NCBI RefSeq assembly: GCF_009914755.1
Contig: NC_060934.1
Source of the DNA: the human T2T-CHM13v2.0 reference genome, Homo sapiens
Reading direction: 5' to 3' (one strand)
DNA length: 64,000 nucleotides
The first letter of the stretch is position 1. Each line of letters starts with the position of its first letter. Below the pieces are notes generated by a model, which worked only from the letters and a program-made list of their open reading frames with translations, made no database searches and was not told the DNA's origin. Shown piece after piece: positions 13,185 through 28,224 of this stretch. Both the position numbers and the translations under genes were made by a program.

Positions 13185-14104
13185 CATCTGACAAAAGTCT
13201 AATAGTCAGCATCTATTAGAAACGTAAACAAATATACAAGAAAAAGCAAACAACCCCATTAAAAAGTGGGCAAAGGATATAAACAGACACTTTCCCAAGG
13301 AATACATACATGTGGCCAACAAGCATGTGAAAAAAAGCTCAATATCACTGATTATTAGAGAAATGCAAATCAAAATGACAATGAGACATCATATCACAGC
13401 AGTCAGAATGACTATTACTAAAGAATCAAAAAATAACAGATGCTAGTGAGGTTGCAGAGAAAAGGGAATGCTTATACACTGTTGGTGGGAGTGTAAATCA
13501 GTTCAACTATTGTGGAACGCAGTATGACGATCCCTCACAGAGCTAAACATGGAAATACCATTTGACCCACCAATCCCATTACTGGGTATATACCCAAAGG
13601 AATATAAATGATTGTACCAAAAGACACATGCACATGTAAGTTGATTGCAGCACGATTCACAACAGCAAAGACATGGAATCAACCTAAATGCCCATCAATG
13701 GCAGACTGGATAAAGAAAATGTGGTACACAAACACCGTGGAATACTATGCAGCCATAAAAATGAACGAGATCATGTCATTTGCAGGAACATGAATGGAGC
13801 TAGAGAGGATTATCCTCGGCAAACTAATGTAGGAAAAGAAAAAACAAATACTGCATGTTCTCACGTACAAGTGGGAGCTAAATGATGCAAACACAGGGAC
13901 ACAAAGAGGGGAACAACAGACACTGAGGCCTACTTGAGCGTGGAGGGTGGGAGGATGGAGAGAATCAGAAAAAATAACTACTGGGTACTAGGCTTAGTAT
14001 CTGGCTGATGAAATAATCTGTACAACAAACCCCCATAACACAAATTTACCTATATAATAAACTTGCACATGTACCCCTGAACCTAAAATAAAAGTTTAAA
14101 AAAT
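13185..14104 (+). mobile_element. 5'-truncated L1PA/L1PB 3' end
   Basis: ORF2p C-terminal remnants (KTWNQPKCPSMADWIKKMWY), 3'UTR and tail; TSD-like aaacacttggaaaa / aaacacttagagaa. Confidence 0.95.
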
Positions 14105-14627
14105 AAACACTTAGAGAAGAAACTTGGGCAAAAGTATTCCTGCAGGAGAAATGTCAGACAGAAACTCCCTTAATGGAGGACATAGCCCTGTGTCTGCTAC
14201 TCTCCACCTGAGAAATGTGGAGAATACTTAATATCTTAGCCATCTCCCTAAATTTTCTTTCCTCACACACTTACTGCCTCAGAGGCCTGGTGGCCCAGGT
14301 TTCCTGGAACAATGTATTTGGCATAGCTCAGCAAGCTTTCTCTCAAGTTTACAATCTCCTTCTTTGAAAGTATATTGTAAAATTCTTAAAACATATTATT
14401 TGGCCCCAGATAGTTCCTATTGTTTACTTAAGCAAGTTTGAGCCATTCTGAATTTTAATGGGTTCTGAAATAATATTCACATGACTTTTTTCTCTTAATT
14501 GCTGTCTTACCTGATTAATGCATATTCCCAACGGTGGCCAACAGTTATCAGCTGCTTTACTGCTGCATCATATTTCATCAAATTCCAAACAGGCACAAAG
14601 AGAAAAAGGAATACAAGATGTATAGCT

Positions 14628-15232
14628 CAAGGGTTGGTGATAGAGTTAAATTCTCATGAGGGCTGGTTGTTTAAAAGTGTGTGACATCTCCTTCCCCAAC
14701 TCCCTCTCCTGCTCTCACTCTTGCATGATGATACATCAGCTCCCCCTTTGCCTTCCACCATGACTGGAAGCTTCCTGAGGTCTCACCAGAAGCTGAGCAG
14801 AAGTCCAGCACCTTGCTTCCTATACAGCCTATAGAACAGTGGGCTGATTAAACCTCTTTTCTTTGTAAATTACCTAGCCTCAGGTATTTCTTTTCGGGAA
14901 TTTTTTTTTTTTTTGAGACAGGGTCTGTCTCTGTTACCCACGCTGGAGTGCAGTGGTGCAATCTCAGTTCACTGCAACCTCTGCCTCCTGTGCTCAAGCC
15001 ATCTGTCCACCTCAGCCTCCCAAGGAGCTGGGATTACAGGTGTGTGTCACCATGCCTGGCTAATTTTTGTACTTTTGTAGAGATGAGGTTTTGCTATGTT
15101 GCCCAGGCTGGTCTCAAACTCCTGACTCAGGTGAGCCACCCGCCTCGGCCTCCCAAAATGCTGGGATTACAGGCATGAGCCACTGCACCCGGCCAGGTAT
15201 TTCTTTATAGCAACATGAGAACAGTCTAATAC
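14628..15232 (+). mobile_element. MST (MaLR) LTR fragment interrupted by an antisense AluJ (about 14900-15194)
   Basis: MST motifs (cttcctgagg, ttaaacctcttttcttt, ctaataca); Alu TSD aggtatttcttt. Confidence 0.85.
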
Positions 15233-16135
15233 AGTTGGATCATCTAATAAAAAAAAATAAGAAAAATCTTTCAAGTAAAAGAAAAAGAAAACCCAGGATC
15301 CCTGCTCCAAGCTTTTGCTTGCTCAGTGGGATTCCCTCACAAATTCTCCAGTGCCACTTACAGAGAATTCTTTCTGGGATTTCAAGGGAAATCTCAGTCA
15401 GCAATCTACATCCCCACAAATGTCTCTCAGTTTACAGCAATGAACAGGCCTCATACCTCCACCAATGTGCAAGGCAACTCACAGTCAGTAATGGCGACAC
15501 ATGTCTCTTCCAACTCTCTTCTGTCACCTCTTTCATCCCTCCCCACCTCCACCCTGTTGTGACTCCCATTTTTGACAAATCTGGCCTGTTAGACACTAGC
15601 TGGATTCAGAACCATGGAGAAACTATGGCACATATTGACTGAAACAAGAACTGCCTCCTGACCTTGCCCAAGATTGTGTATCCAATAGTGACACGGAGAG
15701 ACTCACATTGGGAAGACAGGATGACTCCATGTGAAGCAAAACTCAACTATCAACTATTCCAGACGTTCCCAAAACATTCTAAGAATTGTCATAAGTAACT
15801 TGAGACTTGCATCATCTAAAATTGTATTTCCGTCTTTCTTCCCATGCAGAATATTCCATGACATGTTTTAAAATTCCTACAAGAAAATTTCAGACAGCCT
15901 CATTAGCTTTTTGCCATGGTACTTGAGAAAAACACCATCTTTTTTCTCATAGAAAGCTTCTCACCAGAGCTTTTAAAATTTCAACTACAATTTATTCCCT
16001 CGAGTCTTCCAACATGGCTACCAATACTTCATATATTAGTGCTGTGAACTACTTTACCTTAGTAAATAGTATAACAAAAAGTGGGAAACATCAAATACCT
16101 GATGGCACATAAAGCAAACAGAAATTTGAGGGAGA

Positions 16136-16275
16136 GGTCTGGTACAATGGCTCATACTTATAATTCATTCACTTTAGGAAGCTGAGGTGGGAGGATCTCT
16201 TGATTACAGGAGTTCAAGGCTACAGTTAACTATGAACGCGCTACTGCACTCCAGCCTGGGTGACAGAGCAAGACT
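16136..16275 (+). mobile_element. FLAM/FAM monomer
   Basis: Alu-monomer motifs; TSD (a)gaaatttgagggaga at 16120-16135 and 16841-16856. Confidence 0.85.
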
Positions 16276-16843
16276 GAGAAAGAAAGAGAAAGAGAGAAAG
16301 AGAAAGAAAAACAGAAAGAGAGAAAGAGAAAGAAAAAGAGAAAGAGAGAAAGAGAAAGAAAAAGAGAAAGAGAAAGAGAGGAAAGGACAGGAAAGGAAAA
16401 GAAAAGGAAAGAAAAGGGGAAAGTAGAGAGGACAGGAGAATGGAAGGAAGGAAGGAGGGAAGGAAGGAAGACAGGGAAGGAAGGGAAGGAAGGGAGGGGA
16501 GGAGTGGAGGGAGGAAGGAAGAGAGAAAGAGAGAGAGGAAGGAAGGAAGAAAGGAAAAGAAAGGAAAGGAAGGAAAGGGGAAAGTAGAGAGGACAGGAGA
16601 ATGGAAGGAAGGAAGGGGGGAAGGAAGGAAGGGGAGGAGTGGAGGGAAGAAGGAAGAGAGAAAGAGAGAGAGGAAGGAAGGAAGAAAGGAAAGGAAAGGA
16701 AGAAGGGAAGGAGTAGAGGGAGGGAGGAAGGAAGAGAGAAAGGAAGGAAGGAGGGAAGGGATGAGGGAAAGGAGGAAGCGAGGGAGAGAGGGAGGAAGGA
16801 AGGAAGGAGTGAAGGAAGGAAGGAAAGAAGGAAGGAAGAAAGG
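16275..16843. repeat. Polypurine GA-rich low-complexity repeat with a higher-order duplication of about 161 bp
   Basis: Almost pure A/G; ggggaaagtagagaggacaggagaatgg recurs at 16416 and 16577. Confidence 0.95.
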
Positions 16844-17899
16844 AATTTGAGGGAGACATATGAACTCAACATTGAACTGGACACCTGAATATTTGGGTTT
16901 CTTTCCCAATTCTTTCACCCCATAATCAGTTTCTAAAACTTCAACATCCACATGCAATAGTCCCAGTAGTGCCGTACAGATTCACCGTTCAATGAAAGAT
17001 GAAGCCACCTGAAGTTGTCCTTTTCATCATCATCTTTAGGGCTCACATCTGGCACCTAGTTAATGCCTGAAAGCCAGCACCAATACTATTATCTCAGGGA
17101 ACCTGTTCTGGCATCTAGACGCCTACTGTCATCAGTATAGTTTCAACCTGTCAACATGGCAGTGCTAGGCAGTAGCAGTATTTTCTTCAAGGAAGTCATG
17201 ATTTTCCCCCAATTTTGCATGTGTCTTTTAATTCGGACAGCATTTACATTTTTCTTCTTTCCCTCCAATGTTCACTTAAAAAGAATGGATTCTCTTAGCT
17301 GTTTTAGGAATCATCTGGTCTAAGGAAAACTATGTTTTCTGAGTTTTCATTTTTATTTTCTTCTGCTCCTTTTACACCACCAGAAACATGGAGCACAATG
17401 ACATTTTTATTTGAAGAGCTAGTCATCTTCCCTCAGTAACAAGTGGCTTCTGTGAGTGCTCTCATCATTGGTAAATTTCTGGCTCATAAAGACTTTCACC
17501 TCAATTTCTCAGGACATGCTAAAAATTATTATTTGGTATTCTTGCCATTTTCTCATCTTCCATTTCTAATTATCTATTGTGGCTCTTGGGGGGCAAATCT
17601 TTTCTTTTGCAATTTATCGATTCTTCATGTATAATTAGACCCCTCAACTTCCTTTCACAAGCAGAGCTTGGACCTGAGCATGTTTAAATCAAGAGACAGG
17701 GGATTCTGAGCCACACTGCCAGCATGCTGATGAATGCTATCACCGAGATGGGCAAGGCGTAATTAACAGAACTTTCAAAACATAAAATGCTCTACAGTCT
17801 GTCTCTACATGCTACAAGCAGGGTGTTATATTACTTGCCAGTATTCACAGGTTCTGTGAGATTCCACTAAAAACACCTAACAATATAAATTAGGAAAAA

Positions 17900-17957
17900 T
17901 ACACACACACACACACACGCGCGTGCACGCTGGCGCACACACACACACACACACACA
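17900..17957. repeat. Interrupted (CA)n/(CG)n alternating purine-pyrimidine tract
   Basis: Direct reading. Confidence 0.9.
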
Positions 17958-18841
17958 GGGAGGATGGAGGGAGGGACGAGGGAGAGAGACATTTAGAATT
18001 TTAAGTTCTACATTTATTCTCTTTTCATTCCCCTTCCCCTAAAAATAAGAAGAAACAGTAAACATGTTAAAAAAGAGCAAGGAGAAGAAAGTCAGGAGAC
18101 TGGATAATCCACAATTGCATCATGGGCTCCTGAGAGATGGAGGCACTGGCTGCGTGTTTCTCCACGTGATGCCCACTCATTCCGTGCCCTTGTGCTAAGG
18201 AGGGAGGGTCACCAGCAACTTTTATTTGTTGGTTTGTTTTTAAGTAAAGAGTCCAAGATTCCAGAAACCATCCTGCATTCATACGATAGCGATAAAATCA
18301 TTTCATGTATTTTGCTGAAAATTTAAAACCTGGGAATATGTTCAGTCCTCATTTTACCATTTATACTCCTTTCTTTCAACACTCTGTTTTATTTTTAAGT
18401 CTATTTTTTTTTTGCCAAAATAATAAAACGTGGAGAATCCAGCCAATGCAGAAAGATGAAAATCAAGCTGGAAGCCCTTTTACAACCCCATTCCATAGAG
18501 ATAATCTCCATGAAGAGGTTTGGTTCCATCACACTGGAGTCTTTCTATACATTCACAAACATATAGATGTAGAAAGATACAGGTTTATAGAGGCATCGAA
18601 AAATTTGACTTATATAAACATATTTGAGGTATATGTGTATGTTTCTGTATTTACATATGTGATTGAACATGGAGGCAAACACAGGGCAAAATCTGAGAAA
18701 TATACAAATGCGTGAGGCTATATTTCTAAGTATTGTGTTTGTGTGAATGTGAGAGTCACATAGACATACACGCATTTGTCTGTTAACTCTGGCACCATAA
18801 TTCCTCTCAGGATGGTAATTGCATTTGTTTAAGAAAACTCT

Positions 18842-19031
18842 TTTTGTATATTTCAAACTAGCTAGAAGAGAATTGTAATGTTCTCAATATAAAGAAAAAA
18901 GATTGAGACGATGAGTATCTCAGTTTCCCTGATTTTATCATTACACATTGTATACATGTACCAAAATATCACATGTACCCCAAAAATATGTACAACTATG
19001 ATACATCGATAAAAAATGAACACTAAAAAAG
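18842..19031 (+). mobile_element. L1MA 3' end fragment
   Basis: ttgtatatttcaaa...catgtacccc...A-tail. Confidence 0.75.
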
Positions 19032-19405
19032 AAAATCCTTTTGCAGGGCCTTTTGGAATGGGAGATGAGACACTGAGGACATGGGTATTTGCAGGAGATG
19101 AAGTAACACACCAGATAATTTTTAAATTATTATTATTGCTGTTATGGCTAATGTTTATTGAGTACCTACTATAGGTCAGGTCCTATTCTAAAATGACCAA
19201 ACTGATGCCCAGGAGTAAAAGAGGAAAACTTGCTTCTGCCACAAGGAGGATGGGAAGAGAAGAGACAGGAAAACAGAAAAGGGTTGGGGGAAAGGGAGGC
19301 CTCCTGGCTAGGGCTACGTGAGGAGTAGAGACAGTGACATGGCCCAGGGTCAGCCCTGTCCTCCCTCTTTGTCCACATTTGTCTTTTCTTCATCTTCCTC
19401 CCTAG

Positions 19406-19858
<453 letters not shown>

Positions 19859-20537
19859 GCTTTTATTTTTATTTTGATTGTTGGTTTTCTTTTCACCACA
19901 AAAAAGCTTAAATTTTCACACAAGCATATTTATTAGCATTTTCTTTATGGATTCTGGTTTTATGACTACTTGTAAAGACCTTCCATATCCCAAGATTATA
20001 AAAATGATTTTTACTCATGTTTTCTATTAGTACTTCTGTGATTGTATTTCTTACATTTAAGTCTTCACTGTAACCAAAAATTGTTCTGAGCTATAATATA
20101 ATGTAAGTGTGTTAATAAAGTGCAATGTAAGTAATATAAGAATCCATGTTTAATGGCTAACCACTTGGTCCCACATTATTAGTAATTCACCTTTCCTACT
20201 GATTTGAAATGCTACTTTTATTTATATACTGTAATCCTATTAGTTCTTGCATTTTTTTCTGAATTCTCTATTCCTTTCCATTGATTACACCATCTATTAC
20301 AATGCAAATATCCTATGTTATTAATTAAGGTCACTCCATAATGGCAATGGTTAAGTTTTGTTGAATGCTTATTATATACAGGCACTATTTTACATGTTTT
20401 ACAAGTAGAACATAGGCATGGAGAATTTCAGTAATTTACCTAAGTGCACACACATATTAAGTGGAATAGTAAAGATCTGAACCTAGATTGTCTGGCCCTC
20501 GTGACTATCCCTTAGCCATTACATTAAACTGCCTCAT

Positions 20538-20668
20538 CAGGAGAATGGCGTGAACCCGGGAGGCGGAGCTTGCAGTGAGCCAAGATCGCGCCACTGTACT
20601 CCAGCCTGGGCGACAGAGAAAGACTCCATCTCAAAAAACAAACAAACAAACAACAACAAAAAAAAAAA
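20538..20668 (+). mobile_element. 5'-truncated AluY
   Basis: AluY-diagnostic gaatggcgtgaacccgggaggcggagcttgcag; TSD aaactgcctcat. Confidence 0.9.
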
Positions 20669-20844
20669 CTGCCTCATAACACAGCCTAATATTATAAGAC
20701 TGTTCTACTCTCGTGACTCTTCTCTTTCTGAATTTTCCTTAATATTATTTTATACTTATTTTTATAGATGAACTTTGGAATTATTTTTGATAAATTCCAC
20801 CCCAAATCTAATTTTACATGGGGATCCTAAAGAATGTACACATT

Positions 20845-21136
20845 GGGCTGGATGTGGTGGCTATAACCCAGTACTTTGGGAGGCTGAGGCGGGTGGATGA
20901 CTTGGCGTCAGGAGTTTGAGACCAGCCTGGCCAACATTGTGAAACCTCGTCTCTACTAAAAATACAAAAATTAGCCGAGAGTAATGGTGGGCACCCGTAA
21001 TCCCAGCTACTCAGGAGGCTGAGGCAGGAGAATTGCTTGAACCCAGGAAGCAGAGGTTGCAGTGAGCCGAGATTGTGCCACTGCAATCTGAGGGACAGAA
21101 TGAGACTCCATCCAAAAAAAGAAGAAGAAGAAGAAT
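20845..21136 (+). mobile_element. AluS
   Basis: Full dimer with (GAA)n tail. Confidence 0.9.
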
Positions 21137-23069
21137 GAATGCACATATTGATTCAGGAAGAATTGGTATGTCCAATAAGTCTTCCTATCCCTGAGTAGAG
21201 AATACCTCACTATTTGTCTTCTTTTAAATCCCTCTGTAGGGATATTTGCAAACATCTTTGTGGTGAGAAGACTTGATCTGTTCATTTTATTTCCTCACTA
21301 ATTACTGCTGATATAAGAAAAGATTAACTTTTGTAAATTAATGTCAAATAGTAGTAGTAATAGTGGTATCTTAGCCTTATTTGTGACTTTAATATGACTG
21401 CTTCCAGTATTTTGCCATAAGTATAATCCTACACTTCGGTTGGAAAGATGTACTTTTATCATGTTAAAGGAGTATTCACCTATTCGTATTTTACTATGAT
21501 TTCTTTAAAGTCAGGAATAAACATTGACTTTTATCAAATGCCTCTTCTATACCTGTCAATGTGATTATATATTTTTATCTTTTGACCTATATATACGGTG
21601 AGTTACATTAATAAATATCCTAATATTAAACCTTTCTTAAAGTCTCAGAATAAACCCTTTTGGCTTTGTGTACTCTTTTAGTTTATTGTTGGATTCTATT
21701 TGCCTTGTCATTTAGGATTTTTGCATAGATATTCACATGTGAGAGAAGTCTATAATTTTCTTTTCGTGCTATTTTTATCAAAATGTATATGCTGGTTTTA
21801 TAAAAGTCTTTTCATGCTCTGTGCTCTGGTGCAGTTATAAAAGCATCATAATTATCTTAATTTCTTGAACATTTGAAAGAATTCACTCAGGAAAACATCA
21901 GAGCTCAGCACTTCTTAAAGGCATAGCTTTCAGAAAACCTGAAGGGATCAAATACATAAATAAAGAAAGCTGATACCATGTTGACACATATCTGTGTTGG
22001 CTCAGATCTCCACAGTTTGGGAAGAGATTGACCTAGGTAAGTGAAAAAGGTTATTCATAGAAAGGACACAGAGTAAAGTCATGACATATGGCAGAGATCG
22101 GCAATATCATCCAGGACAGCTGGAGGTGCAAGCTTCTCTTCTGGACTCCAAAAATCCTGACCAGCGGATGTACAACTGCAGATGGCCCTAGAAGCCTAAC
22201 TCCCTCCTCCCAGGCAGTCCTCATGTGGAGTGTGTTAGAGATCACCTCACCTGTGCTGGGGCACCTCATTCATCATAGTTATACAGGCAACAATACAACC
22301 TCAAGGACCAACGCACTATCTTCCTCCTCCCCAGGCTCTCCCAGCGTGCTTCAAGTTCACTTCTCACTCTGTGCTGAGAACCAGAATAAAGATTAGTTTT
22401 CTAGAAGCCTCTGGGTCTCAAGCCAGCAACCTGTAGAACAGTCTGGGGTGTGTGTACATCTACCTGTCAAAGATAAAGAGAGTCGTTTCCAAGAAAATAC
22501 ACTATATTGGAAAATACACTATATGAACAAAGTAATCATTGCATACTTGCCAGATCATGATCTTCTTGAAGCTGGTTCCAGGTCTCATATAATTGCAAAA
22601 GCTCCATAGCGGACCTGATAACCTAAAAATAATTGTCTAATATCCTTTAGACTTTTGTCCACTTTTCCAAATCTCACATAAAATCCTCAACAATGATGCA
22701 CTTTAGCAGTAATAACAACATTCTCAGATGACATCTATACCCACACTTGCCCTGTGCTCTACGATCTAATAAAGTTTTCTTCTTCCTGAACTTGAAGGAG
22801 ACTAGAAGTTGATGTGTGGTAGGAAATATACTTCATGGTAAAGGATATAGGATGAATTAAGGAAGGGAGACAAGAAAACAGAAAGCAAGTCTAATGAAAA
22901 GTTAATGGATTTGCAAGGTTTGGTTTGGAGAATGACAGGATGTAAGTCTGAGTAATAAATTAGGGCCAGAAGGTGCAGAGCTTTGAAACCAGGCTTGCTT
23001 TATTTCATGCTTTCTTTTCATCAGGGAGTGACATGAATGGATTTACATTTTGAAAAGCCTCTTCTGGCA

Positions 23070-24137
23070 TGTTGTGGGAAGTCAGGGACCCTGAATGGAG
23101 GGACCGGCTGGAGCTGCGGCAGAGGAACATAAATTGTGAAGATTGCATTTTAATATGGACATTTATCAGTTCCCAAATAATACTTTTATAATTTCTTAAG
23201 CCTGTCTTTACTTTAATTTCTTAATCTTGTTATCTTCGTAAGCTGAGGATGTACGTCACCTCAGGACCACTGCGATAATTGTGTTAACTGTACAAATTGA
23301 TTGTAAAACATGTGTGTTTGAACACTATGAAATCAGTGCACCTTGAAAAAGAACAGAATAATAGCGATTTTTAGGAAACAAGGGAAGACAACCATAAGGT
23401 CTGACTGCCTGCAGGGTCGGGCAAAAAGAGCCATATTTTTATTCTTGAAGAGAGCCTATAAATGGACATGCAAGTAGGAGAGATATCACTAAATTCTTTT
23501 CCTAGCAAGGAATATTAATACCCTGGGAAAGGAATGCATTCTTGGCAGGAGGTCTATAAATGGCCGCTCTGGGAATGTCTGTCTTATGCGGTTGAGATAA
23601 GGACTGAGATACGCCCTGGTCTCCTGCAGTACCCTCAGGCTTACTAGGGTGGGGAAAACTCTGCCCTGGAAAATTTGTGGTCAGACCGGTTCTCTGCTCT
23701 TGAACTCTGTTTTCTGTTGTTTAAGATGTTTGTCAAGACAATATGTACACCGCTGAACATAGACCCTTATCAGTTCTGCTTTTGCCCTTTGCCTTGTGAT
23801 CTTTGTTGTACCGTTATCAGTAGCTCTGCTTTTGCCCTTTGTCCTGTTCCCTCAGAAGCATGTGATCTTTGTTCTGTTTTTCGCCCTTTGAAGCAAGTGA
23901 TCTTTGTACCTACTCTCTCTTCTTACACCCCTTCCCCTTTTGAAACTCTTAATAAAAAACTTGCTGGTTTGAGGCTCAGGTGGGCATCATGGTCCTACCG
24001 ATATGTGATGTCACCCCTGGCGGCCCAGCTGTAAAATTCCTCTGTTTGTACTCTTTCTCTTTATTTCTCAGCTGGCTGACACTTATGGAAAATACAAAGA
24101 ACCTACGTCGAAATATTGGGGGCAGGTTCCCCCAATA
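23070..24137 (+). mobile_element. MER11 (HERV-K11) solo LTR within an L2 relic
   Basis: Starts tgttgtgggaagtcagggaccc and ends ttcccccaata; 6-bp TSD CTGGCA. Confidence 0.93.
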
Positions 24138-25050
24138 CTGGCATCTATAGGAAATGTATATGAGGGATGGAAGAGACGAGAGGTGGGGAGACCAGAAATA
24201 ACAAACAGTTCAGGAGAGGGATGGAAAAGGCTGCGGTGAGAACAGCGGGCAGGAGGGATAGAGGAAGGAGAGGAAGCCCGGACTTAAAATGTACTAGGAG
24301 GAAAAATCAATAGAACCTAGAGACCAGTTAGATGTAGGGGGCTGAAGAGACACGGGAGCCAAGGGTACATCCCAGTTTTATGAGACTCATTGAAGTAAGA
24401 ACAGGATGAGGAACTAGGCGGCTTGGGGTTCCATTGTGGTGACTTTAAGGTGACTGTGGACACCATGTGGAAATGTTTACCTAGGAGTTCTGCTTAGAAA
24501 TTTGGATTATTTCGTTGCTGAACAAAAAGGAACAGAAAAATCTCAAGGAAAGGGGAGGTTCTTTTGAAGGACATTGGAAGCTGAGGCACACCAGAAGTAA
24601 AAGCTAGCGGGAATTTACTCTCTCTTTTACCCACCTCTCAACCCTCATGGGCTTTGAGAGCCACAGGCATCCACTCTCTATTCACTGCAACAGATTTGCC
24701 ACTCTGCACCCAGAGAGAACTTTCAAGAACAAATCTATTCAGGCCACTTCAGATTCATATCTTCCAGGACGCTGAGGATAAAATTCAAAATCCTAAATTT
24801 AGCTTTTGTCCACTTTTATAGTCAAGTCTAGTGTATCTCTCTGCCTCATCTCTCATAACCCTGTCCCTTGCAACTGATGAATGGTGGAAGATTGAAGGCA
24901 GAGTGAAGGAATGAAATGGCTCGAGAGATGATCTCTCATCTTTTTCTTTCTGTGTATCAGACTCACTTCCGTGAGCCTCTGAGTTCCTGCTCTTCTTTAA
25001 CTTTCTTGCGTATGGCTCTGTCTTATCATGGAACTCACCTTTATTCCTGA

Positions 25051-25706
<656 letters not shown>

Positions 25707-26037
25707 TCAGTGATACTTTTTAACAGCATAAAGTAAACCTCCCTTAGTCTTTATGCTGCAGTTCCAGATTCCCATCAGAGAGACTCTGGTTGACTCATTT
25801 TGAGGGTCAGGTGACCACCTTCATTCCAATCAGCTTGGACAAGGGTCAATGTCACATAGAAAGGAGGAGAGCCTCCTCAGGGGGAGGGGGACAAGCAGGC
25901 TCTCAGAGATGCAGGTGTAGACATCAAATCAGTGATTAGCTCTTCTATCCCAAATTCTCTCCTTTTTGTTATGTGACCATATTTCTAATTTTTCAATTCG
26001 TATTTAAATTTTGTTCTAATATCACAAAGAATCAGTG

Positions 26038-26156
26038 CAGTCCACCCTCTATATCTGCAGGGAATTGGTTCCAGGACCTCTCAGATACCAAAATCCGAAG
26101 ATGTTGAAGTCCCTTATGTAAAATGGCATAGTATTTGCATATAACCCCTACTCACG

Positions 26157-26187
<31 letters not shown>

Positions 26188-26495
26188 TTTGTAGGGACAG
26201 GGTTCTTGCTATGTGTCTCAGGTTGGTCTCAAACTCCCGGCAATCCTCCCACCTTGGCCTCCCAAAGCACTGTGATTACAGGCATGAGCCACCAAAGCCT
26301 GGTCCTCTCTTATATTTTAAATAATCTCTAGATTCTTTAGAATACTTAATACAATGTAAATGATGCATAAATAGTTGTTATATTGTATTGTTTTATTTTT
26401 TTAATTATTGTATTGATTGTTATTCTTATTAGGTTTCTTTCCTAAATATTTTCTATGTGTATTTCATGAAATCTGTGGATTTGGAGGGCTGACTG
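26038..26495. mobile_element. MER2 (Tigger-type) DNA transposon containing an antisense FLAM (about 26160-26303)
   Basis: TIR-like cagtccaccctc ... gagggctgactg with MER2-type internal motifs. Confidence 0.75.
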
Positions 26496-27067
26496 TTATA
26501 ACTAAGGTAGTTTTAAAATTTCAGCTAATTCAGTATCATCTGATAGGCATGTTCTTTTCTTTTATCAGATTACTTGTAGAAATACTATAATTTAAACAGA
26601 AATGTGGCTTTCTACAGTAGTCACAGAAGGCTCAGCGCTCTTCCAAAAAAAAAAATTAGGTTTAGAATAAAAACATTTTTATAAATCAGGAAGCCAAAAA
26701 GCACAAGGTTATTGACTACATCTGTCTTTAGTAACAGATGGTAGTACTAATTGTTATTCAGGAGTGACATATTGTTTTAATTTCTCAGGGGTAAAATATG
26801 AAAGTAAATGTGCATAGATTTTTAGCTTTGAAAATTTTATGACTCCCTTAAAACAATTCAGAAATAAGAAATAAAATGTGTTGTCTTTTTTGGGGGGAAA
26901 TGATGTGGCCTTTTTTAAGGAGAAGCATTTTTAGAAAGGATCAGAAAATATCCCAACTTAGAAAAACTCATTTGAAATTAAGTTGTATATTTGCATTTGA
27001 ATGAGGTGCTATTTCTGTTCATTTTGATAAAATCAGCATTCTGCTTCCAGTAATATTCAGAGATTTG

Positions 27068-27500
27068 TGTCAGGCCTCTGAGCCCAAGCTAAGCCATCAT
27101 ATTCCCTGTGACCTGCACGTATACATCCAGATGGCCTGAAGCAACTGAAGACTCACAAAAGAAGTGAAAATGGCTGATTCCTGCCTTAACTGATGACATT
27201 CCACCATTGTGATTTGTTCCTGCGCCACCTTAACTGATTGATTAACCTTGTGAAATTCCTTCTTCTGGCTCAGAAGCTCCCCAACTGAGCACCTGGTGAC
27301 CCCCGCCCCTGCCCACAAGAGAAAAACCCCCTTTGACTGTAATTTTCCACTACCCACCCAAATCCTATAAAATTGCCCCACCCCTATCTTCCTTGCTGAC
27401 TCTCTTTTTGGACTCAGCCTGCCTGCACCCAGGTGATTAAAAAGCTTTATTGCTTATACAAAGCCTGTTTGGTGGTCTCTTCACATGGACGCACATGACA
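27068..27500 (+). mobile_element. LTR7 (HERV-H) solo LTR
   Basis: Starts tgtcaggcctctgagcccaagctaagccatc; TATA-like cctataaaa; ATTAAA; 5-bp TSD ATTTG. Confidence 0.95.
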
Positions 27501-28183
27501 ATTTGACTATCAAACTTTCATTGCAAGTCATGGTGATGAAGAAGTTCTGCACTCACCATTCCAGAAGATTCAGAACAGATCCCTTGTTCAGGGGTTCCTT
27601 TAGTGCAGATAGGGATTTTATTAATTGTTGGAAAGATAAAGCATCTCCTTCTACCTGTGGCAGCTGGATCATTCTCACTACACAGAGCTAGAAATTTAAA
27701 TAAATAAAGGAGAGTAAGATGGAGGTGTGCATGGACATTTAATGGTTCATCAGACTGAATGCTAACAGTATATAGCTGTATGTTTTACAAGGAGGAACTC
27801 CAGAGTTTTGAACTCGATGCTTGCCAAACTTAAGCATAATCTTTGAAAGAACAGCTTTGAAATCTCCAGTTACATATTCAAATTCTCTTCCGTCTTGTCC
27901 ATTGGACACCCACCTACATAGTCTGCTTTAGGATGGAATTTTCTGCCCATCACACTCCAAAATATTTCATCCTCTGCTGTGTCCTTCCAAGGTGCAGGTA
28001 AATTTACCATTAGAGGGCTACTCTTTCGGATTAAGCATTGTGCTTCGCAGGGGACCTCTTTGAAAGTGTCATTTTTTCTGAGAGAGGTCATATAGAACAT
28101 CACTGGCATCTGCACCTGTAAGGATTTATCAAATAGCTGTGTAGAGTGTGGAGTAACAAGAGGGAGAAGAAGAGGCCGAAAAT

Positions 28184-28186
<3 letters not shown>

Positions 28187-28221
<35 letters not shown>
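28187..28221. repeat. (GA)n microsatellite
   Basis: Direct reading. Confidence 0.95.

Positions 28222-28224
<3 letters not shown>

Larger units (their letters stand above)
19860..21890 (-). mobile_element. Degraded L1ME/L1M fragments interrupted by Alus and a MIR-like segment
   Basis: Antisense L1 ORF2-like T-rich sequence. Confidence 0.6.

Noticed and set aside
16187-16957. Long ORFs (up to 238 aa) on both strands
   Set aside because: Artefacts of the stop-free GA/CT low-complexity tract
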